Assembly: GCA_964566925.1 (NCBI GenBank)
Contig: CAZMIZ010000002.1
Location: 8,647-72,646 of the forward strand
DNA length: 64,000 nucleotides
Reading direction: 5' to 3'
Source: an uncultured Gammaproteobacteria bacterium
GTDB lineage: Bacteria; Patescibacteriota; Microgenomatia; PFEM01; DATLAM01
Shown here: positions 48,495 through 58,032 of the stretch, in pieces
Layout: every line of letters starts with the position of its first letter
Numbering within the stretch: position 1 is the first letter of the stretch
Program-made: the position numbers and the translations under genes
The notes under the pieces: model-generated
What the model was told of the DNA's origin: nothing
Databases searched by the model: none
Seen by the model: only the letters and a program-made list of their open reading frames with translations

Positions 48495-50249
48495 TCACAC
48501 CTGGCGCTTTTTATCAATATCCTCCACGATTCTTTTAAGGAAAAAAGCCAACGACATACTGCCTAAGACTTTTTCTCCTCTTGTTCGGACATTGACTTTT
48601 TTAGCCATAATTTCTTTGTCACCCACGATAAGCATATAAGGAATACGTTCAATTTCGGCATTACGAACTTTAGCGGAGGTGGTGTCGCTGCGATCATTAA
48701 GCTCAACCCTAATTCCGGCCTTAATGAGCGTCTCATAGATTTTCTGAGCATATTGGTTATGTTTATCAGTGATGGGAATGACCACTGCCTGGACTGGTGA
48801 AAGCCAGACGGGTAAGGCGCCATTGAAATGTTCCAATAGAAAGGCAATAAATCTTTCGTATGATCCTAAAATTGCCCGATGAAGCATGACCGGCGTTTTT
48901 TCTTTTCCGTTTTTATCGGTATAAGTTAAACCAAACCTTTTAGGCATAGCAAAATCAATTTGAACCGTCCCCAGTTGTTGATCATTACCGAGGGCGTCTT
49001 TAGACATATAGTCGATTTTTGGACCATAGAGGGCTGCTTCTCCTACCATTACCTTTCCTTTAAGATTGAGCTCTTTGGAGATTTCCTGGATCATTTTCTC
49101 TGCCCTCTTCCAATCGAGTTCTTCGCCAATATATTTTTCTGGAGTCTTAGGATCTCTGACAGACAGCGATATCCATTGATTGCCCCACAGACCCACTCCT
49201 TTATAGAATTTTTCGATAATCTTACAGGTGTTCATCGCTTCTTGTTTGATTTGATCAACTGTACAAAAGGTATGACCGTCATCGACAACAAAAGACCTGG
49301 TTCTTGCTAGCCCGCCAATTTCTCCTGGCTTTTCATCTCTAAACTGGGCAGTGGATTCAATATATCTTATTGGTAAATCTCGATAACTTCGTGGCCGAGA
49401 AGCGTATATCTGGGTATGATGAGGACAATTAACCGGTTTTAAAATAAACTCAATATCATAATGTGATTTTACTGTAAAGAGTTCGCCTTTAAACTTCTCC
49501 GCATGGCCAGAAATTTTATACAAATCAATTTTGGCCATATGGGGAATCCTTACCTCTCGCACGCCATATTTTTTGCTGATATCCAATAAGGCTCGGTAAA
49601 GCTCATTAATAATTATGGTCCCTTTCTCGGTATAGAGAGGCAGGCCTGGACCGACTAAATTAGAGAAGGTAAAAAGATCTAATTTTTTCCCTATTTTTCG
49701 ATGATCATTTCTTTTGGCTTCCTCTTGGCGGATTAAATATTTTTCTAAATCGGCCTTATTAGCAAAACAAGTACCATAGATCCGAGTTAACATCGGGTTT
49801 TTCTCACTCCCCCGCCAATAAGCGCCGGCAATTGATAAAAGCTTAAAATGGCCAATTTCTTGGGTGCTTTTTAGATGAGGACCTTCACAAAGATCAATGA
49901 AGTCGCCCAGCTTGTAGAAAATAACTTTTTTCTTGCCCTCTTTTTTAAGGCCGCGAATGAGCTCGATTTTATAGGTTTGACCGAGCTTCTTCATCACTTC
50001 TAAAGCTTCAGCGATTTTTACCTCTTTTTTTTGAAATGGAAGGTTCTTTTTAACCAATTGACGCATTTTCTCTTCAATTTTGGGAAGATCCTCTTCGGAG
50101 ATTTTGGCGGGAAAATCAAAATCATAATAAAATCCGTCCTCAATGGCTGGGCCAATGCCAAATAATACCTTAGGATAAAGGGCTTGAACCGCCGCCGCCA
50201 ATAGATGAGAACAGCTGTGGCGCATCTTTTCTAGATTAATTTTAGCCAT
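48495..50249 (-). CDS. thrS: threonyl-tRNA synthetase (lacks the N-terminal TGS domain)
   Basis: Begins at the N2/editing domain (RHSCSHLLAAAVQALYP). Class II catalytic motifs (SYRDLPIRY...) and a C-terminal anticodon-binding domain. Confidence 0.9.
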   Translation of the reverse strand: MAKINLEKMRHSCSHLLAAAVQALYPKVLFGIGPAIEDGFYYDFDFPAKISEEDLPKIEEKMRQLVKKNLPFQKKEVKIAEALEVMKKLGQTYKIELIRGLKKEGKKKVIFYKLGDFIDLCEGPHLKSTQEIGHFKLLSIAGAYWRGSEKNPMLTRIYGTCFANKADLEKYLIRQEEAKRNDHRKIGKKLDLFTFSNLVGPGLPLYTEKGTIIINELYRALLDISKKYGVREVRIPHMAKIDLYKISGHAEKFKGELFTVKSHYDIEFILKPVNCPHHTQIYASRPRSYRDLPIRYIESTAQFRDEKPGEIGGLARTRSFVVDDGHTFCTVDQIKQEAMNTCKIIEKFYKGVGLWGNQWISLSVRDPKTPEKYIGEELDWKRAEKMIQEISKELNLKGKVMVGEAALYGPKIDYMSKDALGNDQQLGTVQIDFAMPKRFGLTYTDKNGKEKTPVMLHRAILGSYERFIAFLLEHFNGALPVWLSPVQAVVIPITDKHNQYAQKIYETLIKAGIRVELNDRSDTTSAKVRNAEIERIPYMLIVGDKEIMAKKVNVRTRGEKVLGSMSLAFFLKRIVEDIDKKRQV

Positions 50250-50250
50250 C

Positions 50251-50327
50251 TGGTGGGCTCGAGAGGATTTGAACCTCTGGCCTTTGCCATGTCAAGACAA
50301 CGCTCTAACCAACTGAGCTACGAGCCC
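50251..50327 (-). tRNA. tRNA-Val (anticodon GAC), CCA encoded
   Basis: Reverse complement: GGGCTCG-TA-GCTC-AGTTGGTTA-GAGC-G-TTGTC-TTGACAT-GGCAA-AGGCC-AGAGG-TTCAAAT-CCTCT-CGAGCCC-A-CCA. A clean cloverleaf with anticodon GAC. Confidence 0.9.
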
Positions 50328-50374
50328 TGGCTGGATGACTATAATTTTACTAAATTGATAAGATTTAGGCAAGC

Positions 50375-51013
50375 TTAACCGGCCTGGGTGGCCATGTATC
50401 TTTCTTGGGAGAGCATGAACTTGGTGCCCGACTTTCCTACCTGAGCCCAATAGTGGGAGCGTTTTTTGGCCCGTTGATTGGCCAGAGAGAGCCAACTTCT
50501 TGATTCCTCAATTCTTTTCCTAAAGAGAGCAATAAATTGTCTAAGCCGTTCAAGAAAGGTGAGATGATAAACTCCAGGTTCCGCTGGAATCTGCATGGTG
50601 GCGACTTTTACTTCTTGGGCCAAGCCTTCGGTTGACTCGGCTAGCTTTTTTAACTCTTCCTGAATGGCTTTGATTTGGAGCTTTGTTTCCTGCTCTTTAC
50701 GAGTAAAAATCAACTTTTCTTGGCGGCGAAGATCAGCAAATTCTTGAGAAAATTGGAGCCGCTTTCGTTCTCTGGGTGTTTCTTGAGAGCGAATTTTGTT
50801 TAAGTCAATAGTCTCATTAGGAGTTAGTGTGCCCGAACCCTTTTTAGGTCGGCCAATGATCTGTCCAGCTGCACTTTCAGCCATGCTTTCGGCTAAATCA
50901 TGAGTGGCTGAATCGACCACTCCGCCACTTAGGTCACGAAGCGCCTCGAGGAAACTATCTGACCTAATCGGTTTAACCTTTCTCTTTTTCTTAGGGTCCA
51001 TTCTTTTATCCAC
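50375..51013 (-). CDS. hypothetical coiled-coil protein
   Basis: 212-aa charged ORF with no recognised motif. Confidence 0.5.
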   Translation of the reverse strand: MDKRMDPKKKRKVKPIRSDSFLEALRDLSGGVVDSATHDLAESMAESAAGQIIGRPKKGSGTLTPNETIDLNKIRSQETPRERKRLQFSQEFADLRRQEKLIFTRKEQETKLQIKAIQEELKKLAESTEGLAQEVKVATMQIPAEPGVYHLTFLERLRQFIALFRKRIEESRSWLSLANQRAKKRSHYWAQVGKSGTKFMLSQERYMATQAG

Positions 51014-51061
51014 AAACCAATCCTCCTTTTTGGGCAGGAGGATAAGATTAGGCTTATAATA

Positions 51062-51937
51062 CTATAATTTCATTAAGTTGTCAATGACGGCTCTTTTACG
51101 TAAAATTTGCTTAATGTAAGCTCTTTGTGCTGGTGTGTCAGCTGATTGACGGGCTTTTTCTTCAGGAACGGCCTTGATCATCGCTTCGACTTCACTCTCT
51201 TTGACCTCAATTCCTTCTTTATCGGCAATAGCAGCCAGGATTAACTCAAGCTTGATTTGTTCTTCGCTTGTTTTTTGATATTCACCTCGGATTTGGTCGG
51301 TGGTTTTTCCTGAGGAAGCGAGGTATTGTTCAAGGGTCAAACCTAGGCGATTAGTTTGATCAAGAAGGCGGGAAAGCATTCGGTTAACCTCGTTTTCAAT
51401 CAGGAGTTTCGGGACTTTAACCTTAACGGTTTTCAAAAGAGCTTCAAGGGCTTTATTTATCCTTTGACTTTCCCCTTTCCCATTCTGGGTGGAACTTTTG
51501 GCGTCTTTCGCGTTCATCTCTTTTCCTGGCACCCAGATTTTTTCAGCTGCGAGGGCTTTCCTGATTATCTCTTTGTATTGACCTAGTTTTACTTTGGGAA
51601 GCTCGCAAGTAATCGCCTTAATTATCCAATCTTTAGCTTCCTCCATGGAAACGACTTGAATTTGAGGATTGATGATTGGTTGGAGTTGATGTTCTTGAAT
51701 CGCCTCAACGTAGACTTTGGTGACCAGCTCTTTTAAGACTTCTTCGTAAACTTTACTTTTATCAAGTTTTCCTTCCACCAGTTTTCTGGGCGCCTTACCC
51801 TTGCGGAAACCCTTAACGGCGATTGTTTTGGTCAGCTTTTGGACAGTCTCCTCATAGGCCTTTTTCACTCTCTTTTGAGGAATGGTGATCGTCAGCTCAA
51901 TCGTGCCATCAGATTGTTTGTTTAAAGCAGAAATCAT
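51062..51937 (-). CDS. tig: trigger factor-like chaperone (short form, no PPIase domain evident)
   Basis: N-terminal ribosome-binding domain with the AVKGFRKGKAPRKLVE signature. Only 291 aa. Confidence 0.7.
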   Translation of the reverse strand: MISALNKQSDGTIELTITIPQKRVKKAYEETVQKLTKTIAVKGFRKGKAPRKLVEGKLDKSKVYEEVLKELVTKVYVEAIQEHQLQPIINPQIQVVSMEEAKDWIIKAITCELPKVKLGQYKEIIRKALAAEKIWVPGKEMNAKDAKSSTQNGKGESQRINKALEALLKTVKVKVPKLLIENEVNRMLSRLLDQTNRLGLTLEQYLASSGKTTDQIRGEYQKTSEEQIKLELILAAIADKEGIEVKESEVEAMIKAVPEEKARQSADTPAQRAYIKQILRKRAVIDNLMKL

Positions 51938-52091
51938 TTAACGATGTCCTCCAAGACTTCTCGGACGCCCCACGACCTTAGGTTTGCTTCTAAAAAATTT
52001 TCTTCGGAACCGATCAGGCGTGCGATAGCCTAATTTCTTTTTTTGTTTTTTAAACGGTGGCGGTTCCTGGTCCTGGGTCATACTTTCACGA

Positions 52092-53156
52092 TTATACCAA
52101 AGATGAGAGCCGTTTTAAAGCGTGGAGTTTTTCGTAGTGGCCCAATTTGGCCTTATTGACGCTCTCTTTGAGAAAGGCGATTGATTGGTTGTAGGTTTTT
52201 TGATCGACTGGATAAGGGATGCCATCTTTGCCTCCATGGGCGTAAGAATATCTGGCTGGGTCGCGGGTGGAGGCTGGAGAGCCATAGACCAGCTCGGCAA
52301 TCAATGATAAAGCGCGGATCGTTTTTGGTCCCACTCCTTTCATCCCCAAAAGAATTTCGAAATCTTCTGGTTGTCTTTCATAAGTGCTTAAAAAGATTTT
52401 TTTAAGATTTTTAGGATTGATGTCGCTGATTAAGAGCTGATGTCTTTCGGGGAGTTTGATTATTTGGAGTTTTTGGATAGTTTTGGCTATTTTTTCCGGC
52501 TTCAAACGAGAAACTCTAGTCGAGGTTTTTCGATTTTTCTTGCTTTGACTGGCAACTAAATTGAGAACCGATGAATGGTGATCGCAGGCAATCCCAGTAT
52601 GAGGTTCGTTGACAAAGTTAGCTACCTTATCCGACAGCCAGTGGTAGCGGCGAGCCCAGCGATTAGAGGGATTCATTCCCTGCTGGACGACAGCCCACTT
52701 ACCCGCTTTGGTGGTAAAAAAAGTATGATGGTAGAGCTGATAGCTGTCTTGGAGAGCATTGTTATCCACTTTAGCCGCCATTTTTGAGGCATAGATCAAA
52801 GGCTGGCTATCAAAAGAATATTTTTGGCTGGCCTTTTCAATTTCTGATGGAGTTTTTCGAGAAGCCCTACCTTTACCACCAAAAATAAAAAGACCTAAAT
52901 CTTTAATTGGTCGCAAGCCTTCTTTAATGGCCCCACAGGTAGTGGTCGTCAAGCCTGACGAATGCCAATCAAAACCCAGAACACAGCCAAAAGCTTGAAA
53001 CCAGTCGGGGTTGGTAATTTTTTTCAAATACTCGTCTTCTCCCTGTTCGGTGATGAGAATCAGGGAAATTTCTCGAGCCAGCTTAGTCATTTTTTCAAAA
53101 AGCCAACGAGGAGCAAAACCATAATGAAGAGGTAAATCAGCGGTGCCGGTTTTCAT
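52092..53156 (-). CDS. DUF763-family protein
   Basis: N-terminal MKTGTADLPLHYGFAPRWLF and an overall composition matching DUF763 from memory. HhH-like GVGPKTIRAL. Confidence 0.55.
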   Translation of the reverse strand: MKTGTADLPLHYGFAPRWLFEKMTKLAREISLILITEQGEDEYLKKITNPDWFQAFGCVLGFDWHSSGLTTTTCGAIKEGLRPIKDLGLFIFGGKGRASRKTPSEIEKASQKYSFDSQPLIYASKMAAKVDNNALQDSYQLYHHTFFTTKAGKWAVVQQGMNPSNRWARRYHWLSDKVANFVNEPHTGIACDHHSSVLNLVASQSKKNRKTSTRVSRLKPEKIAKTIQKLQIIKLPERHQLLISDINPKNLKKIFLSTYERQPEDFEILLGMKGVGPKTIRALSLIAELVYGSPASTRDPARYSYAHGGKDGIPYPVDQKTYNQSIAFLKESVNKAKLGHYEKLHALKRLSSLV

Positions 53157-53227
53157 TTTTGGGTTTTATTTGGGTAACAAAAACAGTATAGAAAGAAAAA
53201 TAAGAGATGTCAAGCTGAAGATCAAGA

Positions 53228-53995
53228 CTAAAAAGGCAAATCGTCTTCGCTTAACCTTGATTGTTTTTGGACTTTATCTTTCATTGGACAGATTGGCAGA
53301 AAATCGCAGGTCGAACAATATTTATTGGGAGTAGCCGGAAACTTATTTTCTGATAAGATTTTCTTTGACTGCTCTTTGATTGAATTTAAAGTTTGATTGA
53401 GTTTCTTTTGGCTGGGTTGATAATCAATGATTTTGTTTTCGCCCAAAAAATAATAGGCAACCGAGGCAATCGGTAAACGGAATTTTCTTTCGAGGATAAT
53501 GGCGTAACAATAAAGTTGAAGAGGATCGACCTCTTTAGGCTTCAGTTTGCCGGTTTTATAGTCGATAATGTGAAGCTTGTTCTTCTTTTTATCAACTCGG
53601 TCAATTCGGCCTAAGATACTTAAGTCCTCGTCGACCTCAACCTCATGATAATCTTCAACTAGAAATGGCTGGGTAGTCAAATCTTCTCGCCGAATAAAGT
53701 TTTCTAATTGCAGAAGAGCTTTTTCGCCCCATTTTTTCTCGTCTTCCCGATCGCGAAAGCCCTTGCGGTTTCTGGCCCATTTGACTCGCAAAATTTGAGT
53801 GGCCGTTTCTAAATCTCTTTTCCCTGGAGGAATGGTAGCGAGGAAATCCTTTAAGGTGGCGTGGACATGATCCCCCATTGTGAAGTAGGGCCGATCCTGG
53901 TGATAAACGTCAGCGATTCGATCAATGTAAATATACTTGTATTGCTGGGGACAGAGCTGGAAAACGCTTAATTTATAGGGAGAGACTTTCAACAC
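53228..53995 (-). CDS. PD-(D/E)xK nuclease, Cas4/RecB-like with 4-Cys Fe-S cluster motif
   Basis: N-terminal C (QLCPQQY), GRIDRVD, IIDYKTGK (D/ExK), QLYCYA (QxxxY) and C-terminal CSTCDFLPIC, matching the Cas4/AddB nuclease-domain architecture. No CRISPR array or other cas genes in the window. Confidence 0.7.
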   Translation of the reverse strand: MLKVSPYKLSVFQLCPQQYKYIYIDRIADVYHQDRPYFTMGDHVHATLKDFLATIPPGKRDLETATQILRVKWARNRKGFRDREDEKKWGEKALLQLENFIRREDLTTQPFLVEDYHEVEVDEDLSILGRIDRVDKKKNKLHIIDYKTGKLKPKEVDPLQLYCYAIILERKFRLPIASVAYYFLGENKIIDYQPSQKKLNQTLNSIKEQSKKILSENKFPATPNKYCSTCDFLPICPMKDKVQKQSRLSEDDLPF

Positions 53996-54018
53996 GCTAT
54001 CAATATCTTACCATGGAG

Positions 54019-54420
54019 TTACTGGGAAAGCTCGTTTTCGATATCGGAAAGCTCTTTATCTAGCTCATCTAAATCGGTGTCATCCAGGTCAGTTTCGATC
54101 TCTTCGATTTCATCAGAGGTTCCTTGTTCTTGAAGGTCTAAGGTGGCTTGATCAACTTCTTCAGTTGGGGTGGGAGTTAACGTTGGGAGGGCCGAAGTTG
54201 AAGGAGATTGTTTTCTCAAAGAAAACACCAAGATTCCCAGGAGGACCAGACAGGCGATGGCAATGGCCACCCAAATAAACCAAAAGCGTTCCAGAAAACT
54301 CGGCTTGGAAATAGGTTCCGGCATTGGATAAGGGCCTTCTCCGGTTGGCGGTGGTGAAGGGGGCGAACTGCCTTCAGAAGGAGTTATTTCTGGTGATGTT
54401 GGTTGCACTTCTTCAGCCAT
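54019..54420 (-). CDS. small single-pass membrane protein with Pro/Thr linker and acidic repeat tail (module A, gene 2)
   Basis: Pro-rich N-terminus, a TM helix, TPTPTEE and an acidic repetitive tail (DLDELDKELSDIENEL). Start overlaps the stop of the upstream gene. Confidence 0.5.
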   Translation of the reverse strand: MAEEVQPTSPEITPSEGSSPPSPPPTGEGPYPMPEPISKPSFLERFWFIWVAIAIACLVLLGILVFSLRKQSPSTSALPTLTPTPTEEVDQATLDLQEQGTSDEIEEIETDLDDTDLDELDKELSDIENELSQ

Positions 54421-55073
54421 TATTCTTCTCCTTCATTAACTCTTAAGCCGCGGATATCGCCGATAAGATCAACTAAACTTTGGTGAACGGCGATCAGGCT
54501 GGTTTTGATTTCTTTAATCAGGTCGCGAACCGTTTCAAAGGTTTCTTTTGGATCTTCACTGGAGAGAATGTCTTCCAGACTTGCTTGGGCGTCGGCAATA
54601 GCTACCTTGGCTGAGGCTAGCTCTTCCTTGGCTGTTTCCAGGCTCTCTCTAATGGAACTGGTATCAATTTCTTCATCAGCGGCTTCGATTTTAGCTAACC
54701 GGCTCTCAATCCGGGCAATCAATTTTTCTAGGCGGCTGATGGCCGCCTCAAATCTTTTAATCAACCGGCCGAAAAATGAGCGAATTCTTGCTTGTCTGTT
54801 TTCAGAAAGTCTTTGCCTAACAGTTTCTCTTTGTTCTTGTTGGAGCTCTAGTTGTTCCCCAATTTCTTGCCGCTTAAGCCTCAAAGTTTCTCTTATCTGC
54901 TCTAATTTCTCAAGCCGAAGAGTGGCTGCACTCGTAGCTTTGACTACCACCGGCTTATCTGATTCAGTAAAAGCCGGACTAGTTGCCTCTCGAGCCGAGA
55001 CGGGTGACAAGAGGAAGAGAAGAATAATCAGTGATAAAAGAAAGATAAAAGGCCGCTTTACCATACCAATCAT
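54420..55073 (-). CDS. secreted coiled-coil protein (module A, gene 1)
   Basis: Signal peptide MIGMVKRPFIFLLSLIILLFLLSPVSA followed by long heptad-rich helices. Confidence 0.55.
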   Translation of the reverse strand: MIGMVKRPFIFLLSLIILLFLLSPVSAREATSPAFTESDKPVVVKATSAATLRLEKLEQIRETLRLKRQEIGEQLELQQEQRETVRQRLSENRQARIRSFFGRLIKRFEAAISRLEKLIARIESRLAKIEAADEEIDTSSIRESLETAKEELASAKVAIADAQASLEDILSSEDPKETFETVRDLIKEIKTSLIAVHQSLVDLIGDIRGLRVNEGEE

Positions 55074-55109
55074 AATACCGATATCTTTTTTTGTTTGTCA
55101 AGCTTTAAC

Positions 55110-56159
55110 TCAGCGTCTAATCTCTTTTGCCAACCAAGCAATCGGTTTTCGCTGATGCTGCCAAAAAAGGTCAGTCCAAACATAATGGGCTGCTAATTTT
55201 TTCCATTTTCCCCAGCGGTTAATTCTTTTTAAAATTCGCTCTTTGGAAACAAGAGGCTTATTATAGAAAAGTCGTGAATATATTTTCTGCTCCCAAGGCG
55301 GCAGAGTTTCCAAAGCATCGTGACGGTGAAAAACCTCAAAAAGAAGGTAGTCAAGTGAGGCTGGGCCGATGCCAAAAAGTTGAATTAGTTTTTCTTTGAG
55401 CTTCTCATTGGCAAGACAACGCATCTTTTTCTCATCAAACTTGCTTTCAACAAAATCTTCAGAAATTCGTTTAAAGAACTTGGCTCGGTAACCCACTTTA
55501 AGATCGCGCAGTGCCTGTTCGCTCGCTTCATCCATCTCGGCTGGTTCCCAGAAAACATAAAGTTTTTGGCTATCAAATTTAATCAATTTCCCATAGTTAT
55601 TTAAGAGAGTGTCCATCATCTGGATAGTGCGCCGGACAGTGGCGTTTTGGAGAACAACGTAAATCATCAACGACTCGTAAAGGTCATAGCCGCACTTACT
55701 TCTCATTCCCAACCACTTTTTAATCACCGGGCCTAAAACCCTATCTTTTTTGAATTTCTGATTGAATTTTGATAAGTCAAGATCGAGTTCGAATCGGTAT
55801 TTAATCTCTTTAACTAAATCCTTTTTGAAATTCTGGTTTAAAAGTTTTTGGGAATAGACCGTTAATTTAACTTTCGGATTTTTAATTGTTCCTTGATTTT
55901 CCAGTCTAATCCCCAAAGGTTTCCCTTGGAACCTCATTGTTTGCCGCCATTTACCGGGTTGGTATTTTTCGGTTGGAGTGGGAAAGTGGGCCGGGTTGTA
56001 AACCGTGCCCTCAAAATTAAATGGAGATTTGGGAATAAGTTCTGTTCTCCACTGGTGGTTTAAAATAATGGTTTTTTTCATGGCTTGGCTTCCAGTCCTA
56101 GTTGTAATTTTAGGTCGAGCTTGTTTACAATTCAAGTAAAGCTTTAATAAAAAGGACAC
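55110..56159 (-). CDS. HhH-GPD family DNA glycosylase (AlkA/Ogg-like)
   Basis: LIQLFGIGPASLDYLLFEVF helix-hairpin-helix motif followed by an Asp-containing region. Family assignment only. Confidence 0.6.
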   Translation of the reverse strand: MSFLLKLYLNCKQARPKITTRTGSQAMKKTIILNHQWRTELIPKSPFNFEGTVYNPAHFPTPTEKYQPGKWRQTMRFQGKPLGIRLENQGTIKNPKVKLTVYSQKLLNQNFKKDLVKEIKYRFELDLDLSKFNQKFKKDRVLGPVIKKWLGMRSKCGYDLYESLMIYVVLQNATVRRTIQMMDTLLNNYGKLIKFDSQKLYVFWEPAEMDEASEQALRDLKVGYRAKFFKRISEDFVESKFDEKKMRCLANEKLKEKLIQLFGIGPASLDYLLFEVFHRHDALETLPPWEQKIYSRLFYNKPLVSKERILKRINRWGKWKKLAAHYVWTDLFWQHQRKPIAWLAKEIRR

Positions 56160-56164
56160 CTTAA

Positions 56165-56824
56165 ATGGAAACAGACTGGTCTAAACAGTGGAAGGATTGG
56201 GAAAAAAATTATCGAAATATTTTCTGGAGGGCTTTGATCTGGGCGCCAGCTGCCTGGGCTTTAACCCGCGCTTGCAGAAAATTATTGGCCGGGGCTAGTT
56301 TGGAAAACTCTAAAATCCTGAGTTTGGGTTCGGGTACTGGGACGAGCTCCTTGATCATTGCCAAAATCTTAAAAGCCAGGAAAATGACTTTAGTGGACGT
56401 TGATCAACAGGGGTTAATGATTAGTAAAAAGCTGATTAAAGATTCAGGTTTAAAGATTAAAGTAGATTATTTGAAAGCAGACGTTCTCAATTTGGATTTG
56501 AATGAAAAATTTGACCTGGTTCATTCCGAGGGCTTGATTGAGCATTTTTACGGAAAGAATAGGATTAAAGCGCTTAAAAAACACGCTGATTTTTGTAAAA
56601 AAGACGGCTATCTCCTGATCTTCGTTCCCTTTAAAGGAATCCAGTACAGCCTTTTAAAATGGGCCTTAAACCTATTCAATCAATGGGTTTATGAGGAAAA
56701 ACCTTTTACCAAACAAGAAATACGAACCTTATGCCAAAAACTAAATCTGGAGATAATCAAAGAAGAGACTTTTCTCTGGATGCACGAGATTGGGATTTTG
56801 GTTAAGAAAAAGCAGAAAGATTGA
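56165..56824 (+). CDS. class I SAM-dependent methyltransferase
   Basis: ILSLGSGTGTSSL motif I and an acidic motif II/III context. Confidence 0.7.
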   Translation: METDWSKQWKDWEKNYRNIFWRALIWAPAAWALTRACRKLLAGASLENSKILSLGSGTGTSSLIIAKILKARKMTLVDVDQQGLMISKKLIKDSGLKIKVDYLKADVLNLDLNEKFDLVHSEGLIEHFYGKNRIKALKKHADFCKKDGYLLIFVPFKGIQYSLLKWALNLFNQWVYEEKPFTKQEIRTLCQKLNLEIIKEETFLWMHEIGILVKKKQKD

Positions 56825-56832
56825 ACCTCTTT

Positions 56833-58026
56833 TTATTGAACTTTTCTTTCTTCTCTGATAAGGCTGAAGGCACACGGAAAGACGAAAAGTAAAGTTAGAA
56901 TACCAAGAAGAGTGAAAATGAGCTTGGTGTCGTAGAGATCTTGAATTCTGCCACTGATGGCAACTACGAAAATAAAGAAGGCGCTGACGAGCATGTTAAG
57001 AGAAGAAACAGCTGTCGCTCGGTATTTTGATAAAAATTCAAGATTGGTATATTTATCCAAGATGGCAAAGCGAGAGCTGCCGGCTGTAGTAATTCCCAGT
57101 AACAAGAGGGGGGCGAGTATCTTTGGGATAATAATACCAGGTAGGAGGGCAAGAGACATGATGATTGGAAAACCAAAATAAACCCTTTTCCGGGATAGAA
57201 ATACTTCCTCTTTTTCCATAAGAAACAAAATTAGGAGCGAGCTGATTAAATAAACTGAGCCAAATAGCCAACTCATTTCAATTTCTGAAAAACCAAAATC
57301 TTTGGCAAAAGGCTGACCATAATAGTAAAGACACGACCAGGTTATGCCCCCGACCAAGGTATAAAAAAGGGTTAGTCTTTTTAGATAGCTATTTTTAAAA
57401 AGTTCCCTGAAACCGATTTTGTTTTGCTCAATATAGGATTTGAAGGTAAACTTTTCCGTGTCAATTCTGGGTTCAACCATGAGATAAATAAAAATGATTG
57501 CTAGGATTTCTGTTAGCCCAGTAAAAGCATAGGGAAGGCCAATACCGATTTGATAAAAATAGCCGCCAAGAAAGGTGGCAACAGTTAACCCTGCCCGGTA
57601 GATAAATCCTGCCCTGGCCATATATTTTGAGAAGTAGTTTTCTTTCCCCAGTTCTTTTAAAGTATCAAAAATGATGGCGACATCCGCCCCGGAAATAAAA
57701 GCGGCGCCAATGCCCACAATCCCGTAACCAGTAAAAAACATTAAGGCTGAATTGCCGAAAGATAAATAGATATATCCTAAGCCACTTAGGAGCCATCCCA
57801 AGATGATTGTTTTCTTTCTTCCAATTAAATCGGCCAAAGCGCCGGTTGGTAACTCGAGAAAGGTGGTGACAGCGAAAGAGAAGGAGTATAAAAGGGCCAT
57901 TTGGGTAAAATCCATTACTCTTCTTTCAAATGCTACCCAGACGGGGATAATAAAGATTAAGGCAGTGAAAAAACAAGTAATATAAGCTAAATTAATATTC
58001 CTTTTTAATCTATTTTTATAATCCAT
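56833..58026 (-). CDS. MFS transporter
   Basis: About 12 TM segments with MFS-like loop motifs (GALADLIGRKK). Confidence 0.8.
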   Translation of the reverse strand: MDYKNRLKRNINLAYITCFFTALIFIIPVWVAFERRVMDFTQMALLYSFSFAVTTFLELPTGALADLIGRKKTIILGWLLSGLGYIYLSFGNSALMFFTGYGIVGIGAAFISGADVAIIFDTLKELGKENYFSKYMARAGFIYRAGLTVATFLGGYFYQIGIGLPYAFTGLTEILAIIFIYLMVEPRIDTEKFTFKSYIEQNKIGFRELFKNSYLKRLTLFYTLVGGITWSCLYYYGQPFAKDFGFSEIEMSWLFGSVYLISSLLILFLMEKEEVFLSRKRVYFGFPIIMSLALLPGIIIPKILAPLLLLGITTAGSSRFAILDKYTNLEFLSKYRATAVSSLNMLVSAFFIFVVAISGRIQDLYDTKLIFTLLGILTLLFVFPCAFSLIREERKVQ

Positions 58027-58032
58027 ACCTTT

